Positions 20,540 through 30,423 of a stretch of 64,000 bases of DNA are shown here, in pieces. This DNA comes from Pirellulales bacterium (GTDB lineage Bacteria > Planctomycetota > Planctomycetia > Pirellulales > PALSA-1355). Position numbers and translations under genes: made by a program. How positions within the stretch are numbered: position 1 is the stretch's first letter; every line of letters begins with the position of its first letter. The notes below the pieces were generated by a model, which was not told where the DNA came from, searched no databases, and worked only from the letters and a program-made list of their open reading frames with translations. The stretch covers positions 64,509-128,508 of the forward strand of contig JBGSKX010000248.1 of the NCBI GenBank assembly GCA_041741015.1, given 5' to 3'.

Positions 20540-20561
20540 CCCTGACAACAAGTTGTCAGGG
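20540..20561. promoter_or_regulatory. palindrome CCCTGACAAC-AA-GTTGTCAGGG (candidate operator or dcd terminator)
   Basis: Perfect 10-bp arms sharing the GACAAC/GTTGTC core with 20428..20443. Lies 27 nt past the dcd stop. Confidence 0.3.
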
Positions 20562-20587
20562 CCACCCAGTTGGCACGCACGAGTCAT

Positions 20588-21166
20588 CTACCGATGCGAA
20601 CGCTCCATGCCGAAGTTCAGCTTGAGCTGCGGGTCGCGTTCGCTTTCGGGGTTCAGCTCTTTGAAGAGTAAGCTGGGCTGGATGTCGCGGTTGTGCTGGT
20701 ACTTGTCGCTGGTGTACTCGGTGTAGGAGCCAGTGATCTCGTGGTAGAAGATCTGGCAGATCGGCACGCCGGCATAAATGCGCACCGGCTGGACGGCGAA
20801 CATCTCGAGCGTCCAGAAGCCGCAGAAGCCGACGTCGCCAAAGCCGGCCGTCACATGGACGAAGAGCCCCAGCCGGCCGACCGAGGAGCGGCCCTCGATC
20901 ATCGGCACCAGGCCGTGCGTTTCGGTGCGCTCGGCGGTGCGCCCCAGGTAAAGCTGGTTGGGGCCAAGCACGAGCCCTTCGGGCGGAATGGTGATCCTGC
21001 GCACGCGGTTCGACTTGGCCATGTCGAGCACGACCTCTTCGTAGGTCATCAGCTCGTTATGCAACGTGAGGTTGTAACTGTTGGGATTCAGGTTCGCCTC
21101 GTTGTACGGATCGATACCAATGTCCGAACCGAGGCGACGGCGGATTTCGTGGCCCGATAGAATCAT
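20588..21166 (-). CDS. dcd: dCTP deaminase
   Basis: [12 protein letters not shown]... N-terminus and TAGFGDVGFCGFWTLEM block typical of Dcd; 192 aa. Its ATG overlaps the nth stop (ATGA). Confidence 0.9.
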   Translation of the reverse strand: MILSGHEIRRRLGSDIGIDPYNEANLNPNSYNLTLHNELMTYEEVVLDMAKSNRVRRITIPPEGLVLGPNQLYLGRTAERTETHGLVPMIEGRSSVGRLGLFVHVTAGFGDVGFCGFWTLEMFAVQPVRIYAGVPICQIFYHEITGSYTEYTSDKYQHNRDIQPSLLFKELNPESERDPQLKLNFGMERSHR

Positions 21167-21873
21167 GATTTCACCGTCCTTGCGACACGCTTCTTCGGCT
21201 CGACACCAGGCTTTGCGGAACGCTTCTCCGCGACACCAATTTGCGGGCAAATCGTGAGCAGCGGGCACTCCTCGCACTTCGGCTTGCGGGCGATGCAGAT
21301 CTTTCGCCCGTGGGCGATCATGCGGTGCGAGAAATCGACCCACTCTTTTTTGGGTAAGAGGGCCATCAGGTCGCGCTCGATCTTCACGGCGTCGGTATGC
21401 CGTGTGAGGCCGAGGCGTTTGCTAAGGCGGCCGACATGCGTATCGACGACCACTCCGCTGGGGATGCCAAACGCGGTGCCGAGGACGACGTTGGCGGTCT
21501 TGCGGCCGACGCCGGCCAGGCGGACCAGGGCGTCCAGTTCTTCGGGTACGCGACCGCCATGCTGCTCGACCAGGTCGGTGCAACAGGCCTTGATGTTTTT
21601 GGCCTTGTTGCGGAAGAACCCAGTGCTTTGGACGGCCCGCTCGAGGTCGGCCGGTTTGGCCGCGGCAAAGGCCGCCGCATCGGGGTACTTCTGGAACAGG
21701 TCCTTGCTGACGATGTTCACGCGGACGTCCGTACACTGGGCCGAGAGGATCGTGGCCACCAGAAGCTGGAGCGGCGTGTGAAAGTTGAGCGCGCAGTGGG
21801 CGTCAGGATAGGCAGCTTTCAGCCGCCGAACGACTTGGGCGGCATGCCGCTTGGCGTCGGGGAGCGCAACCAT
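21163..21873 (-). CDS. nth: endonuclease III
   Basis: HhH-GPD motif [14 protein letters not shown] and C-terminal 4Fe-4S loop [17 protein letters not shown]. Confidence 0.9.
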   Translation of the reverse strand: MVALPDAKRHAAQVVRRLKAAYPDAHCALNFHTPLQLLVATILSAQCTDVRVNIVSKDLFQKYPDAAAFAAAKPADLERAVQSTGFFRNKAKNIKACCTDLVEQHGGRVPEELDALVRLAGVGRKTANVVLGTAFGIPSGVVVDTHVGRLSKRLGLTRHTDAVKIERDLMALLPKKEWVDFSHRMIAHGRKICIARKPKCEECPLLTICPQIGVAEKRSAKPGVEPKKRVARTVKS

Positions 21874-22024
21874 GCGGAGCCTGACGAATGGAGAAGCCTC
21901 TGCGGATGGGCAAGATTAGTCCATCCTTAAAACCGCATCCGACGAGTCCCTCCCGCGGACGCCGCCAATTGTCGCGCACGTGGCGTGGATGGTCAAGTAC
22001 GGGGCGCGGCTCGGCCCGAACGCC

Positions 22025-22810
22025 TTAATATTCGTCCGAAAATCGGCGGAACAAAGCCCGGGCATTTTGGGTGGTTTGCTCGCAAAAGGCGGCGAAGTCC
22101 TGCTCGCGCGCTTCGGCCAGTCGGCGCGCGGTATGGATCACATTCGCCGGCTCGTTGCGCTTGCCACGCAAAGGCTCCGGCGAAAGGTAGGGACTGTCGG
22201 TCTCGACCAGAATGCGATCATCGGGCACAACCTTGGCCACGGCCCGCAGCTCATCGGACTTTTTATAGGTGACCATGCCGGCAAAGCTGATGTGCATGCC
22301 CATCGCGACGCACTCGGCGGCACCTTCGGCGCTGCCCGTGTAGGAATGCATCACCCCGCGCAAGGGGCCGCGGCGATGGGCCTCGCGGAGCATTTCGAGA
22401 ATGTCGGCTTCGCAGTCGCGCATATGCACGATGAACGGTAGATCGCGCTCTTGCGAAAGCCGCAGGTGGCGGTCGAAGTAGTCGCGCTGGATCTCGATCG
22501 GGGCGTCTTTCCAGTAGCGATCGAGGCCCGTCTCGCCGATTGCCACGACGCGCGGGCGATTCACCAGCGCGACGATGCGGTTCCAATCGCCAAGCTGGGC
22601 CTCGGCCGTGTAGTTGGGCTGGATGCCCACCGCGGCGTAAACGCCCTTGTTGTGCTCGGCCAGGTCGCAGACGACTTCACTGGTCACCGCGTCGACGCCC
22701 ACGGCGATCACGGCCTCGACGCCGGCCGCGTGCGCGCGGGCGATCACCTCAGCCCGGTCGTCGTTGAATTCTTTCTGGTTGATGTGCGAGTGCGTGTCGA
22801 TGAGGCGCAT
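22025..22810 (-). CDS. tatD: TatD-family metal-dependent hydrolase/DNase
   Basis: LIDTHSHIN N-terminus, HMRD block, ETDSPYL block. Confidence 0.9.
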   Translation of the reverse strand: MRLIDTHSHINQKEFNDDRAEVIARAHAAGVEAVIAVGVDAVTSEVVCDLAEHNKGVYAAVGIQPNYTAEAQLGDWNRIVALVNRPRVVAIGETGLDRYWKDAPIEIQRDYFDRHLRLSQERDLPFIVHMRDCEADILEMLREAHRRGPLRGVMHSYTGSAEGAAECVAMGMHISFAGMVTYKKSDELRAVAKVVPDDRILVETDSPYLSPEPLRGKRNEPANVIHTARRLAEAREQDFAAFCEQTTQNARALFRRFSDEY

Positions 22811-22865
22811 GGAGGAAGTATACCGCAGGGGCGAAGAGGTTTCGCGGCGAACTCAGGAGAGAAGA

Positions 22866-22895
22866 GTTCCCAGGAAAAGCATTCCCTGGGCTTTA
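22866..22895 (+). repeat. GTTCCC..GGCTTTA hairpin repeat copy
   Basis: GTTCCCAGGAAAAGCATTCCCTGGGCTTTA, between the 22915 stop and the tatD start. Confidence 0.6.
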
Positions 22896-22914
22896 GAGGA
22901 GTGACACTCGCGCG

Positions 22915-23373
22915 CTACCGTTTGACCCAGGTGGCGCCGGCCTTGGTCACTTCGGCGGCCAGCTCTTCGAGCGACTCGAGATGGCCGCGGGCCGCTCCGA
23001 GTGCTTCCTCAGCCAGTGCGCGGGCTTCGAAATCTCCGCCGCCGATCTGTGAGACATAGCGTTCGATCGAAGCGACGTCCTGACGCTGGCAGGCGACCAG
23101 CTTGCCGAGCAGGTAGTCGAATGCCAAGTTGTTCGTATCCGGAAAGTCGAGCGGAAAGCTGCCGAGTTCGATCGGGCCGTAATGCTCGAGGATGTGCTGG
23201 CCGATCCGCGCGCCGAGTTGCTCCTGGTCTTCGACGATGCGCTGCATAACCCCGATCGCCCGCTCGTCTCCTTCGGTGCGCCAGGGTGCGGCGTCCTTCA
23301 GGTACACCGGCAGCGAACGGTGCAAGACCGTCAGCAATCGGTTTAACACCTCGTGATTGCCTGGCTGGGCCAT
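22915..23373 (-). CDS. hypothetical helical protein downstream of nuoN
   Basis: 152-aa ORF with balanced composition, 41 nt after the nuoN stop on the same strand. No domain recognised. Confidence 0.5.
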   Translation of the reverse strand: MAQPGNHEVLNRLLTVLHRSLPVYLKDAAPWRTEGDERAIGVMQRIVEDQEQLGARIGQHILEHYGPIELGSFPLDFPDTNNLAFDYLLGKLVACQRQDVASIERYVSQIGGGDFEARALAEEALGAARGHLESLEELAAEVTKAGATWVKR

Positions 23374-23414
23374 ACACGTTGTTCCGTTTGCGAGTGAAAG
23401 AGCGAAGACGAGAA

Positions 23415-25145
23415 CTAGAACAACTGGCCAGTTGCGATGCGAGCCAGCGCGTTAAGACTGTCGGGCCAAACGCCGAGGATGACGATCGGGGCCGTGATCA
23501 GGACGATGAACGTGCCGGGGATGTATGACATGCTGGCCGGGCGGCGGGTGTCGGGCTCGGGATCGATCGTCATGATCTTCACGACCCGGAGGTAGTAGTA
23601 CAGGCTGATGGCGGTGTTCAGGCCGGCGATGAACAGCACGAACCACAACTTCGCATCGACCAGCGAGGCGAAGATCTGATACTTGCCAAAGAACCCGGCC
23701 AGCGGCGGCAAGCCGATCAGACTGACCAGGACGATGCAGAAGCAGATCACGGTGACCGGAGCCCGGTGGAGCAAGCCTGCGTAATCGGCGATCTCTTCGG
23801 AGTGGAGCATGTTTCGCAGGAACGCCACGATGGCGAAGGCGCCCAGGTTCATGAACACGTAGGCTCCCGCATAAAACGCGACCGCGCTGATCGCATTGCG
23901 AGCGCCGTCGGTATTGTCACCGGCCAGGACCATCGCCGAAGCGACCGGCATCATCATGTAGCCGGCCTGCGCGATCGTGGAGTAAGCCAAGAGGCGTTTG
24001 ATGTTCGTCTGACCGTAGGCGGCCAGGTTGCCGAACGTGCACGTAATGACCGCGATGAAGGCCACGAGCTTCCAGATGAATTCGCGGGCCGGAGCGAGCG
24101 CGGCGATCTGAGCTTCGCGGTTGGGAAGCGGAGCGAAGCCGACGGCGGCCTCGGCTTTGGCTTCGGTGTTTTCGGCAGCCGACTCGGCAGCAGGTGCTTC
24201 GGCGGGGGGATCGGCCACGTTGTACAGCGCAGCGGTTTCGACGCTGGCGGCGGGGGCCGTTTTGACCAGCACCGGCGCCGGAATGTATCCGAACCCGATC
24301 GCCACGCGAGCCAGCAGCGCGAGTGCCGCGGCCTTCGAAGCGACGGAGAGGAACGCGTTCACTTCGGCAGTAGCGCCTTCGAACACGTCGGGGCACCAGA
24401 AGTGGAATGGCACGGCAGAAAGCTTGAACGCCAGGCCGACCATGATCATCATCCCGCCCAGGGCGAGGACCGGATGCGTATCGAATCCGACGCCGCCCTC
24501 CAGGTTAGCCGGCTGCAAGAGTTCGGCCAGGCGGACGGCCATCGTCGGCAGGTGGACGGTACCCAGGATGCCGGAGATCAGGCTGATGCCATAGAGCATG
24601 ATGCCGGCGGCGCCTGCGCCATAGACGGCGTACTTGAGCGCCGCTTCGCTGCTTTGCCGGCGGCCCTTGAGCAGGCCAGCCAGGGCGTAGCTGGGCACGC
24701 TCGCCATCTCGACGCCCAGGAAGATCATCAGCATGTTGTTGGCGGAGGCCATGACGCACATGCCCAGAGTGGCGCCAAGCACCAGGGCATAAATGTCCGG
24801 CGCGGCATCGCGGTCCGGAACACCGGAGATCTTGGTGAACACGGCAAACAGCACCGCGAACGCCATCAGCAGCGTGCGGAAGTAAACCGTGAAGTTGTCG
24901 TAAACCAACAGGCCCGTGAAGATCTCGGACGGCTGTTCGAGCGGGCGCCAGGGGCCGGCCAGGTACAGCGCGACCGACGAACCAATGAGCATCACGAAGA
25001 ACGAATCGATCCGGCTGGTGAGCCGGGGGATTCGCAGGAACAGCAGCAGCACGATCGTCACACACAGCGCGAGCTCGCCTTGGAACCCGGCGACGCTGCG
25101 GGCGGAATCGGCTGCCAGTGAGTTAAACAGTTCGTACAGGTTCAC
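23415..25145 (-). CDS. nuoN: NADH-quinone oxidoreductase subunit N
   Basis: Polytopic antiporter-like protein with KRLLAYSTIAQAGYMMM; last gene in the nuo string. Carries an Ala/Pro/Glu-rich insertion. Confidence 0.85.
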   Translation of the reverse strand: MNLYELFNSLAADSARSVAGFQGELALCVTIVLLLFLRIPRLTSRIDSFFVMLIGSSVALYLAGPWRPLEQPSEIFTGLLVYDNFTVYFRTLLMAFAVLFAVFTKISGVPDRDAAPDIYALVLGATLGMCVMASANNMLMIFLGVEMASVPSYALAGLLKGRRQSSEAALKYAVYGAGAAGIMLYGISLISGILGTVHLPTMAVRLAELLQPANLEGGVGFDTHPVLALGGMMIMVGLAFKLSAVPFHFWCPDVFEGATAEVNAFLSVASKAAALALLARVAIGFGYIPAPVLVKTAPAASVETAALYNVADPPAEAPAAESAAENTEAKAEAAVGFAPLPNREAQIAALAPAREFIWKLVAFIAVITCTFGNLAAYGQTNIKRLLAYSTIAQAGYMMMPVASAMVLAGDNTDGARNAISAVAFYAGAYVFMNLGAFAIVAFLRNMLHSEEIADYAGLLHRAPVTVICFCIVLVSLIGLPPLAGFFGKYQIFASLVDAKLWFVLFIAGLNTAISLYYYLRVVKIMTIDPEPDTRRPASMSYIPGTFIVLITAPIVILGVWPDSLNALARIATGQLF

Positions 25146-25175
25146 GGTGATCGGTTACCGATGAAGGTTGGTAGC

Positions 25176-26948
25176 TTATTGGATCTCGGCTTGAACGAGC
25201 GCCGGGGCAACGGGGGCCGGAGCGGTCGGATCGAAAGCGGCCATTTGCGGCAGGTTGGCCGCGTTTCGCTGGGCCCAACCGGCCAGGTCGTCGACCGTCT
25301 GGTTGACGCTCGGGGTCATGTAGTGGAAGACCATCTGCGGATAGACGCCCATGGCGATGGCCAGCACGAACAGCGGCAAGGCGATGGCCAGCTCGCGCGT
25401 GGTCATCGGGTGCAAGTGATCGCCGTGCGGGCCCTTGTATTCGGGGCCCAGATACACCCGCTGCAGCGTCCACAGGATGTAGGCCGCGGTGAGCACGACG
25501 ACCGAGGCGGTAACCACGGCCAGCGTGTGGTTGAACGACCAGACCGAAAGCGTGACGAACACTTCGCCGATGAAACCGCACAACCCCGGCAAACCAAGAC
25601 CGGCGAAGAAGATGCCGATCGCGAGACCCGAGTAGAGCGGCATCTTGGCGAACAGGCCGCCGAACTGATCGAGGTTACGGTGATGGACTCGTTCGTAGAT
25701 GACGCCGACCATAAAGAACATGCCAGGCGAGGCGATGCCGTGGGCGATCATCTGGAACATGGCGCCGTTCATGCCCATCTTCCAGGCGTCGGCATTGAAC
25801 TCGTTGCCGGCGACCGCGGACCAGACGCCGATCCCCAGGACGACGTAGCCCATGTGGCTCACCGAACTGTAAGCGACGAGTCGCTTGAAGTCTTTCTGGG
25901 CAAGGGCCGCGAAGGCACCGTAAACCATGCTCACGACGCCCAGGGCACAGACGAAGTAAGCCAGTTCATAACCGGCCTGCGGGCAGATCGGATAGCAGAT
26001 GCGGATGATGCCGTAGCCGCCAAGCTTGAGCAGAATGCCGGCCAGAATCATCGAGATTGGCGTGGGGGCTTCGACGTGTGCGTCGGGAAGCCACGTGTGC
26101 AGAGGAACTGACGGAACCTTGATCACGAAGCCAATCAGCAGCAACAGGAAGGCCCACCACTGAAGCGGCTTGCCGAGGACGTCGCCGTTGAAGGCGTCGG
26201 TGTGCTGGCCGAGCTGCTGCAGGGCCAGGATGTTGAACGTGCGGCGCGGGGTGGTGTGGGCCTGAATCTCGGCGAAGCGAGCGGCTTGCTCACCTTCGCT
26301 GAGTTCGGGGCTGATGACGTGAGCCGCGACGAGCTGATCCTTACTGAGCATCTTCAGGTCGCTCGAGAAGTACAGCATCAGGATCGCGATCAACATGAAT
26401 ACGCCGCCGAGCAGCGTGTACAAGAAAAACTTGATGGCGGCATACTCGCGGCGCGGGCCACCCCAGACGCCGATCAGGAAGTACATCGGCAGCAGCATCA
26501 CTTCCCAGAACACGTAGAACAGGAAGAAGTCGAGGGCCAGGAACACGCCCAGGACGCCGGTCTCGAGAATCAGGAACAGGATGCAGTACGCTTTCACGTG
26601 CTTTTCGATCGGCCAACTGGCGGCCATCGAGAGCATCGTGACGAACGTGGTGAGCAGCACGAGCGGGAAGCTGATGCCGTCGAGGCCCATGAAGTAGTTG
26701 ATGTTGAAGCTGGGAATCCAGCCGACGGAGAAGACCTTTTGCATGTCGGTCACGGCGGCGTCGAACTGCCAGTCGCCGGCGCTCGGCAAGGCCATGATCA
26801 ACGTCAGCAGAAACACCAGCGCGGTCACGCCGAGGGCAAAGTACTTCATCGCCTCGGTCTTTTCGCGTGGGAAGAACGCCAAGACGAGTGCGCCCAGGGC
26901 CGGCAGAAAGACCACGGTGCTAAGCAGCGTGAGGTAAGTCGATTCCAT
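25176..26948 (-). CDS. nuoM: NADH-quinone oxidoreductase subunit M
   Basis: Antiporter-like protein with VPLHTWLPDAHVEAPTP and KRLVAYSSVSHMGYVVLG. Confidence 0.9.
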   Translation of the reverse strand: MESTYLTLLSTVVFLPALGALVLAFFPREKTEAMKYFALGVTALVFLLTLIMALPSAGDWQFDAAVTDMQKVFSVGWIPSFNINYFMGLDGISFPLVLLTTFVTMLSMAASWPIEKHVKAYCILFLILETGVLGVFLALDFFLFYVFWEVMLLPMYFLIGVWGGPRREYAAIKFFLYTLLGGVFMLIAILMLYFSSDLKMLSKDQLVAAHVISPELSEGEQAARFAEIQAHTTPRRTFNILALQQLGQHTDAFNGDVLGKPLQWWAFLLLLIGFVIKVPSVPLHTWLPDAHVEAPTPISMILAGILLKLGGYGIIRICYPICPQAGYELAYFVCALGVVSMVYGAFAALAQKDFKRLVAYSSVSHMGYVVLGIGVWSAVAGNEFNADAWKMGMNGAMFQMIAHGIASPGMFFMVGVIYERVHHRNLDQFGGLFAKMPLYSGLAIGIFFAGLGLPGLCGFIGEVFVTLSVWSFNHTLAVVTASVVVLTAAYILWTLQRVYLGPEYKGPHGDHLHPMTTRELAIALPLFVLAIAMGVYPQMVFHYMTPSVNQTVDDLAGWAQRNAANLPQMAAFDPTAPAPVAPALVQAEIQ

Positions 26949-27020
26949 GTTCAGCGGTTTCCCAGTCGTTTCGCGGCCGCGGCCACAGTCGAGCGTTGCG
27001 CTCGTTACTTGTCGTGTTAG

Positions 27021-29477
27021 TTAGGAGATATACAGCGAAATCAGCACGAACATCGCCACGGTTCCGACGACGATGAACATCACGTATTGGCGAATGCGGC
27101 CTGTCTCGGCCGAACGCAGCTTGCTGCCGGTGGCATAGGTCCAGGCGGCCAGGCCGTTCACAAAGCCGTCGACCAGGTAGCGATCCGATAGATCGTCCAG
27201 CCGGGCGACCATTCGGGTAAGCATCGCGAGGCTATCGATGATGCCGTCGATAACGACCTTGTCGAACTCGGCCACGCGGTTGGCGACGAACAATGTCGGC
27301 TTCACGAAAAGGTAGTCGTACAACTCGTCGAAGTACCACTTGTTCCACAGGAACGTGTAAACCGGCTTGAACTGGCGAGCCACTTCAGCCGGATTCAGCA
27401 GCGAGAGGCCATAGAACACGATCGCCAGACCCAGGCCCGAGAGGCCCACGAAGGTGGCGACCCAGGTGGCCTGATTGTGGAAATTTGGTTCATGCGAGAT
27501 GTGCTCGGCGGGGTGCGTGAGGTTGGAAACCAGCACGCCATTGACCGTTTCGTGAAAACCTTCGGGCCGAGCTTGCTCAAGCAGTGCGACAATGCTCACT
27601 GGCCAGAACGGCCAGGCCACGACGACGGCCAAGACCGCCAGCACGATCAGCGGGTAGTACATGATCTTGGGCGATTCGTGGGCGTGATCGTAGGCGTGAT
27701 GATCGCGCGGCTTGCCGGCGAACGTCATGAACCACAGCCGGAACATATAGAACGCGGTGATCGCGGCGCCTGCCGCCGCCACGTAGAACAGGAAGCCCCA
27801 CTGCGGGTTCGACGCCTTGAAGGACAAGGCCTGGGCCAGGATGGCGTCCTTCGAGTAGTAACCGCTGAGGCCGATCATGAATGGAATGCCGGCGCCCATG
27901 ATCGCCAAACACCCGGCGAGCATGGTGTAGGCGGTGAACGGCATCTTGTGCCGCAGGCCGCCCATCTTGGTCATGTCGTTGGTGTGCACGGCGTGAATCA
28001 CCGAGCCCGAGCACATGAACAGCAGGCTCTTGAAGAACGCGTGCGTGATCAGGTGGAACATACCGGCGCTCCAGCCGCCGACGCCGAGAGCCAGCATCAT
28101 GTAGCCGAGCTGGCTGACCGTCGAATAGGCCAGCACGCGTTTGATGTCGACCGCGACGATGGCGATCGTGGCCGCGATGAATAGCGTGATGCAGCCGATG
28201 ATCGCGATGACCAGCAGCGTTTCGGGCGTGAACACCGGATAAAAACGACCGACCAAATACACGCCGGCGGCGACCATCGTGGCCGAGTGCACGAGCGCGC
28301 TGACGGGCGTGGGACCTTCCATCGCGTCTGGAAGCCAGACGTGCAGCGGGAACTGGGCGCTTTTGCCGACGCAGCCGCAGAAGATCCCCAGGCCCGCGAC
28401 GATCAGCAGCCAATAGGCCGTGCGACCGATACCGCCGGGGCCGGTTTCGGCGCGCCACTTGGCGATCTGCTCGGCCGAGGGTTCGACGCCGGCGGCGATC
28501 TCGCTGGCAGCGGCCGCCCGGACCATGCCATCGGGGACGACCAGGGCGTGATTGTTCGCCTCGGTGCGCACCAGGCTGAAGATGCCGGGCTCGACCGTGC
28601 CGTCGCCATCGGTATCGATGTCGCCGAAGCTGAACGTGCCGAGCGTGGCGATCAGGATCATCAGGCCGATGATCATGCCGAAGTCGCCGACGCGATTGAC
28701 GATGAAGGCCTTGTTCGCAGCGTTCGAGGCGCTCTTGCGCTCGATGTAGAAGCCGATCAGGAAGTAAGAGCAAATGCCCACCAGTTCCCAGAACACGAAC
28801 ACCATCGCGATGTTGCCCGCGATGACGATGCCGAGCATGCTGAAGCAGAACAGCGACAGGTACTGAAAGAAGCGGTGGAACCGACCAGGCCGATGCAGAT
28901 GATGGCCGTTGGAAAGCGTCACTTCGTGGTCGGTGATCTCATGCAGCTCATCGTGCATGTAACCGTTGGCATAGAAGTGGATCATGGTGGCGATGAACGT
29001 GATCATCGCAAACATCGTCACCGTGAGTGAGTCGATGTAGTAGCTGATGCCGATCCGGAGCTTGCCGAACTGGCCGAGCGTGTACCATTCGCCGGCGACG
29101 TAGGGCTTCCGCCACTCGTGATGCTCGTCGGCGGTTTTGTGCTCTTCGGCTTTATGTTCGTCGGCGCCGTGAGCGTCCTTTTCGTGAGCGTCATCATGCC
29201 CCGCGTCGCCGTGACCCGTGTCATGATGGTCGGCGGCACCGTGCTCAGCATGAGCGGCGTGGTGCTCGGGGGCCCAATCGTAGGCGGGCACCCACACGAA
29301 GAAGAGCGCGATCAGCGAGAGGATGGCACTTGTGCCGATGGCGGCCGTGGCGAGCACGCCGGCACCTTGGCCGTGCTTGCCCATGCGGGGGCCGAACAGC
29401 AGGATCAGCGTGAAGGACGCCAGTGGCACCAGCCAGGCGATCCCCAACAGCACAGGTAGTGTCGTGACAGGATCCAT
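27021..29477 (-). CDS. nuoL: NADH-quinone oxidoreductase subunit L (enlarged, 818 aa)
   Basis: GKSAQFPLHVWLPDAMEGPTPVSALVH and KRVLAYSTVSQLGYMMLALG, plus a C-terminal lateral-helix region. ATG overlaps the nuoK stop (TGATG). Confidence 0.9.
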   Translation of the reverse strand: MDPVTTLPVLLGIAWLVPLASFTLILLFGPRMGKHGQGAGVLATAAIGTSAILSLIALFFVWVPAYDWAPEHHAAHAEHGAADHHDTGHGDAGHDDAHEKDAHGADEHKAEEHKTADEHHEWRKPYVAGEWYTLGQFGKLRIGISYYIDSLTVTMFAMITFIATMIHFYANGYMHDELHEITDHEVTLSNGHHLHRPGRFHRFFQYLSLFCFSMLGIVIAGNIAMVFVFWELVGICSYFLIGFYIERKSASNAANKAFIVNRVGDFGMIIGLMILIATLGTFSFGDIDTDGDGTVEPGIFSLVRTEANNHALVVPDGMVRAAAASEIAAGVEPSAEQIAKWRAETGPGGIGRTAYWLLIVAGLGIFCGCVGKSAQFPLHVWLPDAMEGPTPVSALVHSATMVAAGVYLVGRFYPVFTPETLLVIAIIGCITLFIAATIAIVAVDIKRVLAYSTVSQLGYMMLALGVGGWSAGMFHLITHAFFKSLLFMCSGSVIHAVHTNDMTKMGGLRHKMPFTAYTMLAGCLAIMGAGIPFMIGLSGYYSKDAILAQALSFKASNPQWGFLFYVAAAGAAITAFYMFRLWFMTFAGKPRDHHAYDHAHESPKIMYYPLIVLAVLAVVVAWPFWPVSIVALLEQARPEGFHETVNGVLVSNLTHPAEHISHEPNFHNQATWVATFVGLSGLGLAIVFYGLSLLNPAEVARQFKPVYTFLWNKWYFDELYDYLFVKPTLFVANRVAEFDKVVIDGIIDSLAMLTRMVARLDDLSDRYLVDGFVNGLAAWTYATGSKLRSAETGRIRQYVMFIVVGTVAMFVLISLYIS

Positions 29478-29818
29478 CAGCCTTTAAGCTCGTCAGCCCG
29501 ATCGACGTCGACCGTCGAATGGTTGTTGTAGAAGTTCAAAACGATGGCCAGGGCCACGGCGGCTTCGGCCGCGGCGAGGATGATCACGAACAGGGCGATA
29601 AGTTGCCCGTCCAGGCCGATGCCCAGTACGCCCGGTCGCAGGTACTCGCTGCCGAAGGCGACGAAGTTCACGTTCGCGCCGTTGAGCACCAGTTCGATAC
29701 CCATCAGCACGCCCAGGGCATTGCGCTTGGTGGCCATGCAAACGGCGCCGGTCACGAACAGAATCGCCCCGACGATCAGGTAGTGCGTGATGCCCACGGG
29801 GTCGGTTAGCAGGTTCAT
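29477..29818 (-). CDS. nuoK: NADH-quinone oxidoreductase subunit K
   Basis: LMGIELVLNGANVNFVAF and AAAEAAVALAIV blocks. ATG 29818 overlaps the nuoJ stop (ATGA). Confidence 0.9.
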   Translation of the reverse strand: MNLLTDPVGITHYLIVGAILFVTGAVCMATKRNALGVLMGIELVLNGANVNFVAFGSEYLRPGVLGIGLDGQLIALFVIILAAAEAAVALAIVLNFYNNHSTVDVDRADELKG

Positions 29819-30423
29819 TTCAGGCCCTCCCACGAGCTGTTCTGCACGCGCTTCTTCGGGCGGGCGAGATACGCCGAACCGACGAGGACGACCAGCAGAT
29901 GCACCGAGACGATTTCAAACGGGAGCAGGTAGCCCGACATGCCGCCGCGCTGGGTGGGGTCGACCTCGTCGAGTTTGTCGACGCGAGCGCCAAGCAGGCC
30001 CATGCCGAGCCGGGTGGCGGTGGGTCGTGCGTCGCCTTCGATGACTGCCTGCGGCTGCCAGGCGTCGATGCTGGTGGCGGCTTGCAACAGGACCGCGAGC
30101 AGCAACCCGCCGACCATGATGCCAAGCGTCCATTCGCCGGCCGAGGTCTTCATCGAGATGAAGGGCCCCTGGGCCGTGAGCATGACGCCGAAGATCAACA
30201 GGACGAGCGTTCCGCCGACGTAGATCATGACCTGCATGGCGCCGACGAAGTCAGCCCCGGCCAGAAAGAACAGGCCGCTGGTGGCCGCGAGCGAGAGCAC
30301 AAGATAGAAGGCCATCCGCACGATGTTGCTGGTGAGCAGCACGGCCACGGCAAAGCCGCACGCCAAGAGCGCGAACACCAGGAAGAAGACGGAATGCCAG
30401 TTAATGGGTTCCACGGCCCGCAC
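29815..30423 (-). CDS. nuoJ: NADH-quinone oxidoreductase subunit J
   Basis: Five-TM protein with a VMIYVGGTLVLLIFGVML block; position between nuoH and nuoK. Confidence 0.85.
   Translation of the reverse strand: MRAVEPINWHSVFFLVFALLACGFAVAVLLTSNIVRMAFYLVLSLAATSGLFFLAGADFVGAMQVMIYVGGTLVLLIFGVMLTAQGPFISMKTSAGEWTLGIMVGGLLLAVLLQAATSIDAWQPQAVIEGDARPTATRLGMGLLGARVDKLDEVDPTQRGGMSGYLLPFEIVSVHLLVVLVGSAYLARPKKRVQNSSWEGLK

Noticed and set aside
20263-20587. Mn-sensing yybP-ykoY-type riboswitch in the transporter leader
   Set aside because: Reading the minus strand, I could not find the conserved four-helix junction sequences. Only simple palindromes are present.
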